Assembly (NCBI RefSeq): GCF_009834535.1
Contig: NC_045696.1
Location: 29,638,001-29,702,000 of the forward strand
DNA length: 64,000 nucleotides
Source: Camelus ferus
Lineage: Eukaryota
Reading direction: 5' to 3'
A program made the position numbers and the translations under genes. The notes under the pieces were generated by a model, which was given only the letters and a program-made list of their open reading frames with translations, had not been told where the DNA came from and did not search any database. Shown here piece by piece: positions 41,576 to 53,619 of this stretch (the first letter of the stretch is position 1; each line of letters starts with the position of its first letter).

Positions 41576-41912
41576 TAAAACATCTCTTTTTTTTTTTTAA
41601 CATTTTTTATTGATTTATAATCATTTTACAATGTTGTGTCAAATTCCAGTGTTCAGCACAATTTTTCAGTTATTCATCGACATATACACACTCATTCTCA
41701 CATTTTTTTCTCTGTGAGTTATCATAACATTTTGTGTATATTTCCCTGTGCTATACAGTGTACTCTATTCTACAATTTTGAAATCCCAGTCTATCCCTTC
41801 CCACCCTCCACCCCCCTGGTAACCACAAATCTGTATTCTCTGTCTGTGAGTCTATTTCTGTCCTTTATTTATGCTTTGTTTTTGTTTGTTTGTTTGTTTT
41901 TGTTTTTGTTTT

Positions 41913-44900
41913 TTAGATTCCACATATGAGCGATCTCATATGGTATTTTTCTTTCTCTTTCTGGCTTACTTCACTTAGAATGACATTCTCCAGGAGCATC
42001 CATGTTGCTGCAAATGGCATTATGTTGTCGGTTTTTATGGCTGAGTAGTATTCCATTGTATAAATATACCACCACTTCTTTATCCAGTCACCTGTTGATG
42101 GACATTTAGGCTGTTTCCATGTTTTGGCTATTGTAAATAGTGCTGCTATGAACATTGGGGTGCAGGTGTCATCCTGAAGTAGATTTCCTTCTGGATACAA
42201 GCCCAGGAGTGGGATTCCTGGGTCATAGGGTAAGTCTATTCCTAGTCTTTTGAGGAATCTCCACACTGTTTTCCATAGTGGCTGCACCAAACTGCATTCC
42301 CACCAGCAGTGTAGGAGGGTTCCCCTTTCTCCACAGCCTCTCCAGCATTTGTCATTTGTGGATTTTTGAATGACGGCCATTCTGACTGGTGTGAGGTGAT
42401 ACCTCATTGTAGTTTTGATTTGCATTTCTCTGATAATTAGTGATATTGAGCATTTTTTCATGTGCTTTTTGATCATTTGTATGTCTTCCTTGGAGAATTG
42501 CTTGTTTAGGTCTTCTGCCCATTTTTGGATTGGGTTGTTTATTTTTTTCTTATTGAGTCGTATGAGCTGCTTTTATATTCTGGAGATCAAGCCTCTGTCG
42601 GTTTCACTTGCAAAAATTTTCTCCCATTCCGTAGGTTTTCTTCTTGTTTTACTTCTGGTTTCCTTTGCTGTGCAGAAGCTTGTAAGTTTCCATTAGGTCC
42701 CATTTGTTTATTCTTGCTTTTATTTCTTCTAGGAGAAAATTTTTGAGATGTATGTCAGATAATGTTTTGCCTATGTTTTCCTCTAGGAGGTTTATTGTAT
42801 CTTGTCTTATGTTTAAGTCTTTAATCCATTTTGAGTTGATTTTTGTATATGGTGTAAGGGAGTGTTCTAGCTTCATTGTTTTACATGCTGCTGTCCAGTT
42901 TTCCCAACACCATTTGCTGAAGAGACTGTCTTTATTCCATTGTATATTCTTGCCTCCTTTGTCAAAGATGAGTTGACCAAAAGTTTGTGGGTTCATTTCT
43001 GGGCTCTCTATTCTGTTCCATTGGTCTATATGTCTGTTTTGGTACCAATACCATGCTGTCTTGATGACTGTAGCTCTATAGTATTGTCTGAAGTCTGGGA
43101 GAGTTATTCCTCCAGCCTCTTTCTTTCTCTTCAGTAATGCTTTGGCAATTCTAGGTCTTTGATGGTTCCATATGAATTTTATTATGATTTTTTCTAGTTC
43201 TGTGAAATATGTCCTGGGTAATTGGATAGGGATTGCATTAAATCTGTAGATTGCCTTGGGCAGTGTGACCATTTTAACAATATTGATTCTTCCAATCCAA
43301 GAGCATGGAATATCTTTCCATTTTTTAAAGTCTTCTTTAATTTCCTTCATCAATGGTTTATAGTTTTCTGTGTATAATTCTTTCACCTCCTTGGTTAGAT
43401 TTATTCCCAGATATTTTATTACTTTGGGTGCTATTTTAAAGGGGATTATTTCTTCACTTTCTTCTTCTGTTGATTTATCGTTAGTGTAAAGAAATGCAAC
43501 TGATTTTTGAACGTTAATTTTGTAACCTGCTACCTTGCTGAATTCTTCAATCAGCTCTAGTGGCTTTTGTGTGGACCTTTTAGGGTTTTCTATATATAGT
43601 AACATGTCGTCGGCATATAATGACACTTTTACCCCTTCTTTTCCAATTTGGATCCCTTTTATTTCTTTCTCTTGCCTGACTGCTGTGGCTAGGACTTCCA
43701 GGACTATGTTGAATAGGAGTGGTGATAGTGGGCATCCTTGTCTTGTCCCAGATTTTAGTGGGAAGCTTTTGAGTTTTTCACCGTTGAGTACTATGCTGGC
43801 TGTAGGTTTGTCATATATAGCTTTTATTATGTTGAGATATGTTCCCTCTATACCCACTTTGGCGAGAGTTTTTATCATAAATGGGTGTTGAATTTTATCA
43901 AATGCTTTTTCTGCATCGATTGAGATGATCATGTGGTTTTTGTCCTTTCTCTTGTTGATGTGATGTATTACACTGATTGATTTGCGTATGTTGAACCAGC
44001 CTTGTGTCCCTGGGATGAACCCCACTTGGTCATGATGTATAATCTTTTTTATGTGTTGTTGGATTCTATTTGCTAAAATTTTGGTGAGGATTTTGGCGTC
44101 TATGTTCATCAGTGATATTGGCCTATAATTCTCTTTTTTTGTAGTGTCTTTGCCTGGTTTTGGTATCAGGGTGATGGTGGCTTCATAGAATGAGTTTGGG
44201 AGTATTCCCTCCTTTTCAATCGTCTGGAAGAGTTTGAGAAGGACTGGTATGAGTTCTTCTTTGTATGTTTGGTAGAATTCCCCGGTGAAGCCGTCCGGTC
44301 CTGGACTTTTATTTGTAGGGAGGTTTTTAATTGCTATTTCTATTTCCTTTCTAGTGATCGGATTGTTCAAGTGTTCAGATTCTTCTTGATTCAGTTTTGG
44401 TGGACAGTATGTTTCCAGAAACTTGTCCATCTCCTCTAGTTTATCCAGTTTGGTTCCATATAGTTTTTCATAATATTCTCCTATTATATTCTGTATTTCT
44501 ATTTTGTTTGTCGTAATTTCTCCATTTTCCTTTCTTATTTTGCTAATTTGTGCTCTCTCTTTTTTCTTCTTTGTGAGTTTGGCCAGAGGTTTGTCGATTT
44601 TATTTACTTTTTCAAAAAACCAGCTTTTGGTTTGGTTGATTTTTTCTATGGTCTTGTTAATCTCTATTGTATTTAATTCCTCTCTGATCTTTATTATTTC
44701 CTTCCTTCTGCTGCTTTTTTTCTAATTCATTCAGGGGGTGGGTTAAATTGTTTATTTGAGATTGTTCTTCTTTTTTGAGGAAGGCCTGTATCGCTATAAA
44801 CTTCCCTCTTAGCACTGCCTTTGCTGTGTCCCATAGGTTTTGAGTGGTTGTGCTTTCATTATCATTTGTTTCAAGGTATTTTTTAATTTCAGCTTTGATT

Positions 44901-45691
44901 TCCTCATTGATCCATTGTTTTTTCAATAACATATTGTTTAATCTCCATGCTTTCCTTTTTTTCTCCTTTGTTTCTCTGTTGTTGATTTCCAGTTTCATGG
45001 CATTGTGGTCAGTAAAGATGCTTGAGATAATTTCTATCTTCTTAAAATTGTTGAGGTTTCTTTTGTGTCCAAGTACATGATCGATCCTGGAAAATGTTCC
45101 ATGTGCACTTGAAAAGAATGTATATCCTAGTTTTGGGGGGTGTAATGCTCTGAAAATATCCACCAAATCTAGTTTTTCTATTGTAGTATTTAATTTCTCT
45201 GTTGCCTTGTTTATTTTCTGTCTGGAAGATCTGTCTAGTGATGTTAATGCAGTGTTAAAATCTCCAACTATGACTGTATTCCCATCAATATCCCCCTTTA
45301 TCTCTGTTAGTAATTCTTGTATGTACTTAGGTGCTCCTATATTGGGTGCATATATATTAACGAGTGTAATATCCTCATCTTGTATCACTCCTTGAATCAT
45401 TATAAAATGTCCTTCTTTATCTTTCTTTATGGCCTTTGTTTTAAAGTCTATTTTGTCTGAAATCAGTACTGCAACACCTGCTTTTTTGGCTTTTCCATTT
45501 GCATGGAATATCCTTTTCCATCCTTTCACTCTCAATCTATATGTGTCCTTCTCCCTAAAGTGGGTCTCTTGTATGCAGCATATTGAAGGTTCTTGCTTTA
45601 TTATCCAGTCTGCCACTCTGTGTCTTTTGACTGGAGCATTTAGTCCATTAACATTTACAGTAATTAATGATAGATGTGTGTTTATTGCCAT
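41913..45691 (-). pseudogene. L1 ORF2p (APE endonuclease, reverse transcriptase, CCHC domain), disrupted
   Basis: Endonuclease motifs NVNGLN, QETH, NIYAPN, GDFN and SRIDH; RT motifs [16 protein letters not shown] and YADD; CCHC motif [18 protein letters not shown]. Broken by a frameshifting deletion at ~44714-44722, an extra base at 42690-42691 and a nonsense TAA at 42573-42575. Confidence 0.96.
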
Positions 45692-46095
45692 TTTGAACTT
45701 ATCTTTGCAGTTGAATTGGTATATCCTCTTTGTTCCTTTCTTCTTCCTTTTGTGGTTTGGTAATTTTCCTTTGTACTATCATGGATTTTATTTAATTTTT
45801 GTGACTCCTTTGTAAATTTTTGGCTTGTGGTTACCCTTTTTTGTAAATCTATCAACCCATTACTATAACTGTTTTTATTAAACTGATAGTAACATGATCT
45901 CAAACCCATCCTACTGTTAAAAAAATTTAAAAAAGAAAGAAAAAAATATTCTATATTTCCCTGCCTCCCTCTCCCACTCTCAGTGATTTGTATGTCTTCT
46001 TTTATAATTTCATGTTTACTTTATTTGTAATTCATGAGTCATCACCTTTCCAGTTGTTTGTTTCTCATTTCTGTAGCATCCTGCTGCTTTTCTAT

Positions 46096-46997
46096 TTAGA
46101 ATAGCCCTTTCAATATTTCTTTTAGCATGGGTTTAGTATTGCTAAACTCTGCAGCTTTTTTTTGTCTGTGAAACTCTTTATTTCTCCTTCTATCCTCAAG
46201 GATAGCCTTGCTGGATAAAGGATCCTAGGCTGCATCTTTTTTTCATTCAGAGCTTTGAATATATCTTGCCACTCCCTTCTGGCCTGTAGTGTTTGTGTAG
46301 AGAAATCAGCTGAGAGCCTTATGGGGGTTCCCTTGTAACTTACTCTTTGCTTTTCTCTTGCTGCCTTTAGAATCATTTCTTTATCCTTGACTCTGGCCAT
46401 CTTGATTATGATATGTCTTGGTGTGGGTCTATTTGGGTTCTTCCTGTTTGGGACCCTCTGAGCTTCCTGTACTTGGATATCTGATTCCTTCTTTAAGTTT
46501 GGGAAGTTTTCAGTCATGATTTCTTCAAAAACCTTTTCAATCCCCTTTGATCTTTCTTCTCCTTCTGGGACCCCTATTATGCGAAGATTGGGACGCTTTA
46601 TATTATCCCATAGGTCCCTTATGCTATTTTCATTATTTTTTATTTGCTTCTCTTGTAATTCTTCTGAATGGGTGCTTTCTATTGCCCTGTCTTCTAGATC
46701 ACTAATTCGTTCCTCTGCATTATCTAGTCGGCTTTGCACAGCTATTAGATCATTCCTCATCTCTGTCAATGAGTTTACCCATTCTACTTGGCTCTTCTTT
46801 ATAGCTTCAATTTCATTTTTGACATATTTTATATCTCTAAACACTATCTCTTTTAATTCCTTCAGCAATTCAATCACTCCTTTTTTGAAATCTTGATCTA
46901 GTAGGCTATCAATGTCTATTTTGTTGATCTTTCTTTCAGGGGATTTCTCTTATTCTTTTAATTGGGAAAGGTTTTTCTGCTTCTTCATCTTGCTCAT
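46096..46997 (-). pseudogene. L1 ORF1p (coiled coil, RRM, CTD), disrupted
   Basis: Starts MSKMKKQKNLSQLKE* with a nonsense TAA at 46950-46952. It continues through ORF1 motifs (LWDNIKRPNLRIIGVPE, TPRHIIIK, QARREW, ILYPARLS). A 1-bp deletion near 46150 shifts the C-terminal EFSNTKPMLKEILKGLF* out of frame. Confidence 0.95.
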
Positions 46998-47499
46998 ACC
47001 TCTTTGGCACTGTGGTTTATGGAGTATCAGTTGTTTATTTTGGTCCTTAAGTATTTTATCTATCTGATGCCTATTTAGGAATAGAACTTAGGAAAAAAAG
47101 AAAAAAAAATAAGAGAGAGAGAGAAAGAATTTTAAAAGAAGGGATAAAGAGGGTTTGAAAACAGTGTATATTGAATAATCGAAGAGTGAGTTGAAGCAGA
47201 GTATTAATCGGGTTGAGAAGTCCTTTTGAAACCTTTACAAAAAAGGGGGGGGGAGATGAATAGATGTATTTGAAACCTGTGTCTAATCAATAGCAGGACA
47301 TCAAAACCCAAAAGAAATAGAAATGAATTAAGAAGTAAAGATTAAGAGAGTAATAGAAAATAGAACAGGTAAAAACATTTTAAAAAAAAAGGGGGTGGGG
47401 GTTTGTCAGTGTTCTCCTGGAGTCTGTGTGCTTTTAATGTGAAGTCTTTCTGTCTTCGTCCTGTTTTGGAAGCTCAGCTTGCTGTTTTCAGAGGCCCTC

Positions 47500-48667
47500 C
47501 GTTGGTGCCCTCTTCTGTGCTGCTCCCAGCACCTGTCGGCAAGCAGATCGCGCCTCCTCCTAACACTGGGTCAGGTGCAGCTCTCTGCTGTGGGTGGGCG
47601 GGTCGCTGCCCCTCCGGATGCCGCAGTCAGATGTTGCAGACTGGCTGGGTAGGAGGGCGGGTCGTGCCCTCTCCCAGCACCTCGGTCAGGGGCTGTGTTC
47701 CTGCCCGAAAGGCAGGGGGCCGCTCTCGCTCTATCTGCGCAGCTGCCGGTAGCTCCGCTGTTCTGTGCGGCTGTGCGCTCCGCCCTGGTCGGCGCTCCGC
47801 AGGTGGGCTCGGGGAAAGCAGAGGGACAGCCCTGTCCCTGCTCCAAGCCAAAACCCAGCTCCTTGTTTGTCTTTGTGGAGCAAGTTCTCTGAGGGACCAG
47901 GATGGAAGGATCCTATCTGCCCCAGGCTGCAGGCCAGTCTCAGTCTGGCCTTTGAGGCTGCTAAGCCCTATGGTGCGGATGCAGGTTTCGCCCCCGCCCC
48001 CGCCTGAGTGCTCAGAGCGGAGGATATGGCGGCTGTGCCTGAGCCCCGCCTCTCTTCCCCCAAAAACTTTCCGCGGGTTTTCAGAGATGGGGGTGTGCAC
48101 CCTTCCCCCGAGAGCACATCAACCTTGCTGTTTTATGGAGGGCCCAGGTTGTTCTGCCCTGTGCACCCACAGCCACGGCACGCAGCCCCTTGCGTTCCCC
48201 CGGGGCTGCCTCCATGCAGCCACTTCCGTCCTCCGCCTGGCTTGTGCAGCCTGGCCCTGCCCGCGGCTGCGTGCCTGCGTCTCAGGCTGGGTGTCGGGGG
48301 GACGCTCTGTGCCCGTTTAACCTAGTTTTGTTAGTCAAGGGCTGCTCTGTATAGATCCGAGCCTCGGAGGCTCCCCCTCCATCCCGCTGGCCTCTCAGTT
48401 GGAGAGGGGAGACCCAGCGAGCGAGCGCCAGTCCTCCTTTGCCGCTCCCTCCCCGAGGGACCCGTCCCGCGCTGCTTTGCCTTTTGTTCTTTCTTTTTTC
48501 CTTTTCTTCTACCAGATTTTTGGCGTCTTTATCTTTTGAAGAGGGCGATGTTCTGTCGGAGTTCCACAGGTGCTCTGGTTGGCTGAGTGGGTCTGTAGAT
48601 GTGGGTCTTGGTGTATTTGTGGGAGAGGGTGACCTGCGAGTGTCCTTCTACTCTGCCATCTTCTCCC
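47500..48667 (-). promoter_or_regulatory. L1 5' UTR internal promoter / CpG island
   Basis: The only GC- and CpG-dense stretch in the window. A YY1-type AAGATGGC motif sits at the extreme 5' end, as in other mammalian L1 promoters. Confidence 0.8.
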
Positions 48668-51600
48668 TAAAACATCTCTTTAATTCTATGTGAAGCTACC
48701 TTAAAATTGGTCATCATCATCATAATGATTTATAACAATGGTTAATCCATTGCCTGTATAGTCAACTCAATTTCAAGTCCCCTTTAAGAATTCCCAAGGT
48801 TCATGTGGAGTAATTTAGCTGTTAGGATTAATATTCATGTATAATATATGTGAATTTTTGAGCACCCCGTGCATATCACAGATATGATTTTATCGACTAT
48901 GGATGCAGTATCATCCATGGAATATGAGGAAGTATTAAATCTATATTTATTGACACAAAAGGATGCTAATTATATGCCTTGTTAAGTGAAAAAGAATCAA
49001 ATTTAAAATGTTTTTTATTGTTTAATTATGAATGTACACAGAAAAGTAACTCCAACATTATACCGGAAAACGTTATCCATGATCTCAAGATAATGAGGTT
49101 GTGAATGATTTTCCTGAATTCTTATCTTTATGTTTTTTTCTACTTAAAATATGAAAAGACAAGAGTCTGAAGTAAACTATGAAAGGATCTATAATATAGC
49201 TATTATTTTAAAGTCTATTGTTCAAAAAAATAATTTAAAAGTTCTAAGATAAAGCATATGTAATCCAACTGCCTACTTTAACAAAAGTTTGAAAGAATAT
49301 TTGTTGAAAAACAAATGAGGAAGGGACAGGAGGACAACCAAATAATGATAACTTACATCTCATTAGCTCTCCTACTATTCAAATCCCTCTAATAGAAGGC
49401 ATAACTCTCCTAACTCAATAATATGATCTGCTACCACTGACAGCTCTGCTGAAATGAGATGTCTGAGGCCCTTTACAGCCCTGAAGCTGATTGATTCTGC
49501 CTATGCATATTTTCTCCACTCCCTTTAATCCATTTATTAATTCATTCAAAAACTGTTTAGTCTCTCTCCATATAGTGATCTCATTGTACATATATTTTCC
49601 TACTTTAAATGTCCAGTACTTAATCAGGTATCTAACAACAGCAGGCACTCCTGCATACAATGTCTCTTGAACTAACGAAAAAAAGAATACAGTTAGGTGC
49701 CTGTCTTCAAGAAAATTCCAGTTTGATAGGGCTCCCTAGCATTATTTGCTTGCAGTGTCATTTCTTTAAGGATATAACCTATCACAATCTTCCTGATCCT
49801 TCCACGCTCACTCTCAAAATGTCAACCCCATCCAACCCCAGAAACTGACACATATCTTTAGTATTAAATAAATGTAATTTAGAAAAAAAAGACTGCAACA
49901 TCAAAAGTGCCATATTTAAATAAAAACTACCACCTACAGGACAAAAGAATAAGCCATTCAATTTTTCACCTTATATTTTTTCTTAAAGAACAGTGCAATA
50001 CATCTTAAATTACTTCACTGCCTGTTGCAAGGAGAGTCCCAGTGATAGATCTATTTTTTTATTGTTTGCTTCAATACCTATTTCCCTCCTTTCTTCTTAC
50101 TTCCAGCAACATTCCCAAAACCATGCTCACAAACAATAAATACTAAAAGCAGTGGCACTGAAGCATGACATACTCATTCTCTTCTAAGACTGGTTACCAC
50201 CAGAGCACAAAAATCCAGCTCTGCATCCTCATGGGTAACATTATTTCTATTTAAAAACTCCCAGAGAAGACAGAGGCGGCCATGTAATTATGTATCTGCA
50301 GACGCTCAATCTGCCCTGCCTCCTGCTTATAGACAGTATGCAGGGCTATAAAAAAAAATGAGTCATTCTGTCTCACAAATCAACTCCAACATCAAAGCCT
50401 GAGTTTTGGTGGTGCGCTTGCTTGTTTTGTTTTCTTTGTTTTATTCCTCACCCCTGGAAAACACTAGGTTTCAAATTTCCTCCTTTAACTTGCTACTAGA
50501 ATGAACACCTAAACAATAATTGTACCCCATCAAGAACTGGGCAGCTCAACAACTGCTGAGAAAAGTCTGACATTTTTCTCCACAAGACTCCATTCCTCAG
50601 TTCCTGTACGGGTTCAGTGCACATGGCTATAATTGAGAGAAGTCCAAATGCCAGGAAGGAGTCATCCTACAGGAAATACATATGTATATATTTAACATAT
50701 TTTATACAACCTGCTTTAAGTGAAACTAGATTTGTTTCCAAATTCATATTAAAAATAGTATTTGGCAGCATTTTCTTATTAACATTCTAAATTCAAAAAA
50801 TAAAAATGCTTCCAATTATGATAATAAGTAAATTATGATACTGTTCAATAATTATTTCCTGTAGTTCTGTGGTATCAAGATGCAACTTAAAATTACAATC
50901 TTTACCCAAATCTCCCACTCTCCAAGATCTTTTTTGTCAATAAAAAGAATCAAAGATTTTTTTTCAGGTCAGAGAAAGTCTTTTATTTGGTCCAAGGGGG
51001 AAAAAAATCTAAAAGCCTCAACCAATTTCAAGTAAGTATTCCAAAATAAAATCCTACATCCAGTTTCCACAGTTCCTCTACATAGTTCCAAAACCCCTTT
51101 GTAGTCATGACACCATAGGTAAGCAAACAATAATTTAATGATTTCATATGTATATGTGAAAATGTGGTGTCTTCCACTGAAAGAAAAAAGCTCATTCACT
51201 GGAAGCAAGAATTAAGTTTTCTGCAAAAAAAAAAAAAAAAAAAAAAAATCTAAACTTTGAAAAAAAAAGTGAAAATTTCTTCATATCCAAACACTCTAAA
51301 GCCAAATACTAATACTAACTTGAGATACTTAAGTCACATAATTTCTCTAAAGCCAATGAATGCAGTTTAACTTAAATTTAATGTCCAAAAAGTATTTCTG
51401 GAAGTATTCTCCCTCCTGCATCCAACTCAACTGGGGTGCTTATTTATAATCAAGATTTTTGAGACACTGGCTGAACTGCCTGTTACTGGACCCAATTTCT
51501 GGAAATAAGGCCCACAAATAGCCATGTCAAGTGTTTTTCACATCACTATAATGCACATCAAACTGTTTTACATATCTACTGATGGGTATGCTACTTCTTA

Positions 51601-53619
51601 GGTAAAGTTACTTGAACTGAAAATCAAGACGACTTTTTTTTTTGGCTCCTTCAAAGAATAAGATGAACCATATCAAGAATTCAATTTTACCTGATGTTCC
51701 AATTTTGATAAAATTCAAATACATTTATTTTTCATTAGATCATATTTCTCCTATCTGGATAATATTATCTAACAATATATCCCCCTTCAGGATTTTTTTG
51801 TAACTAAAAGTGACCTCGGTATTCCCCTGAGGTAACTCAGCATTGAGAATACATATCAGAAACACCCCTTCCCTAAAGGAGGCCTCCGGTTTCTTTTTAA
51901 GAACAATGAGATGTTCATTTCAGGCTCTCTTAGTTTTGGGCACCAAACAAAGTAATGTTGCCCAGCTAGGACACTTGACTATGTCTTGGTGACTTCAGTG
52001 AGGGGTGGCAAGGGAGAGGAAGGGACATTGGTGGGGGGTTCCTGGTCCCTTTTTTTCTCTTCCCTGAGGCAGAAGTGATGTCGGGTGATATCCAAATCAA
52101 TCAAGTTATTAAACTGATGCAGTTCAATGGGCAGGATACTTGGTGGCATTTAATAAAAATATGAAAACACGAACCATGCTTAATTCCTGAGCAAAATGCC
52201 CTTCAAACAGGAATTCTACAAATGTCACACATTCTCTTCCCTTGATGCAATATGTGTAATATCTTCCAAAAGGAGACCCACAGATCTTATCATAACTGGA
52301 GAACAAACGAAAGTCACAGATTAATAATCTATTATGAGAAACAGAAAAAAAAATCATTAATTACGCAGTGAGTGTTAGAGGATCTTTAAGCCAATAGATG
52401 GGAATTTGACCAGAATAAACTACTTTTAATGATGTGTTATCAATCCACACATGTTAATTTTCTATACTGAAATATTTAGAGATAAATAATTTTTTAAATC
52501 ACCTTTCATTGAGTAATTGTTGTATAATATAAAGCCAAATATCTCTAATTTGATTCTTCATTTGATGAGAAACTTTGACAACAATTTTGAAGCTAAAGTA
52601 CAAAAGACAGTATGAATGTCAATATAAAATGAGACTCCCAGTAAAAATAGGAAAAAAAAGTAGGCAGTATATTTTTAAGCTTCTTTTGGAAGATAAATTC
52701 ATGCTGAATAAATTGAAGTGACATTTGGTTTCTCATAATTCCAGTCTGTCCTGATGGCCTCCAAAGTAACAGATTCTTAAATGTAGCCTTTTTTCACTAA
52801 AACTGACACCTAGCCAGAATTGTCAAGGCGTTCAGGATTATTTTTAAAGATGCTCATATGATAAACAGAATCATATTAGCTAATTATATAGAATTATCAA
52901 TTAACTCCCAGTTAACACAGAGCTACCAAGAAAAATTAGTTTCCTGGCAGTACCTATTTTATTTGTGTGTAGATTAGCTGTTAAATCATAAACATTATAA
53001 AGCACTGCAAATGAGCCAAGACATACAATGATACTGATGGGGAAAAGGGATCAAAAATTCTGATTTTAAAATGTCTCACTGAGCAAGAATCTGCCTTATG
53101 TAAAATACAGAAACAAAAAATTGGTTGTCCTAATAATACTTAAATGTATTGAAAGGAATTTAGACTTGTATTAAAAAATACAAAATTTAGTAATTTATGA
53201 AGTAGGAACTCCGTAAGTGAGAGTGAGGAAAACTATACCAATGCAAGAGAAATTGATTTATTCCAATTACATTCACATGCTTTCTAATTACCTTGGCCAT
53301 AGACGTATTTCAATATGATAGTTCATGGAAATAATACGAAATCACCTCATCTATTTTTTCCTCTGAAAAGCAGGAACAGGCAGGTATTAACAGAAGAGAA
53401 ACTGAAAATAACCAATCTGTCTAGCAGTGAATTACCAGTCTATCCTGGAGTTAATACCATTAGTTTAGCCATATATTGCAATAAAATATACAACAGAAAT
53501 ATACCCTAATTAGTACTTGGCTATTTAAATCTGTAAGCTAAAAATACTGACACCCAGGTTCTAGTACTGTTCCTGTAACTAGATGACAGCCTCAGCTCTT
53601 AACCTCAGGTCACTTAAAT

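Larger units (their letters stand above)
41590..48667 (-). mobile_element. Full-length LINE-1 retrotransposon (~7.08 kb), lineage-specific, non-autonomous
   Basis: Perfect TSD TAAAACATCTCTTT at 41576-41589 and 48668-48681. The 5' end reads GGGAGAAGATGGC, followed by a GC-rich 5' UTR, ORF1, spacer, ORF2, 3' UTR, AATAAA (41606-41611) and an A tail. The reconstructed target is TT/AAAG, close to the L1 endonuclease consensus TT/AAAA. Confidence 0.98.

Noticed and set aside
42415..46896. Multiple plus-strand ORFs of 60-128 aa
   Set aside because: Antisense shadows of L1 ORF1 and ORF2, a well-known compositional artefact.
47500..48667. CpG island as a possible GBE1 promoter or first exon
   Set aside because: Lies entirely inside the L1 TSDs and encodes no GBE1 N-terminus.
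51225..51248. Long A-tract as a possible retrocopy tail
   Set aside because: No upstream retroelement or mRNA-like body and no TSD; one of many plus-strand A-tracts.
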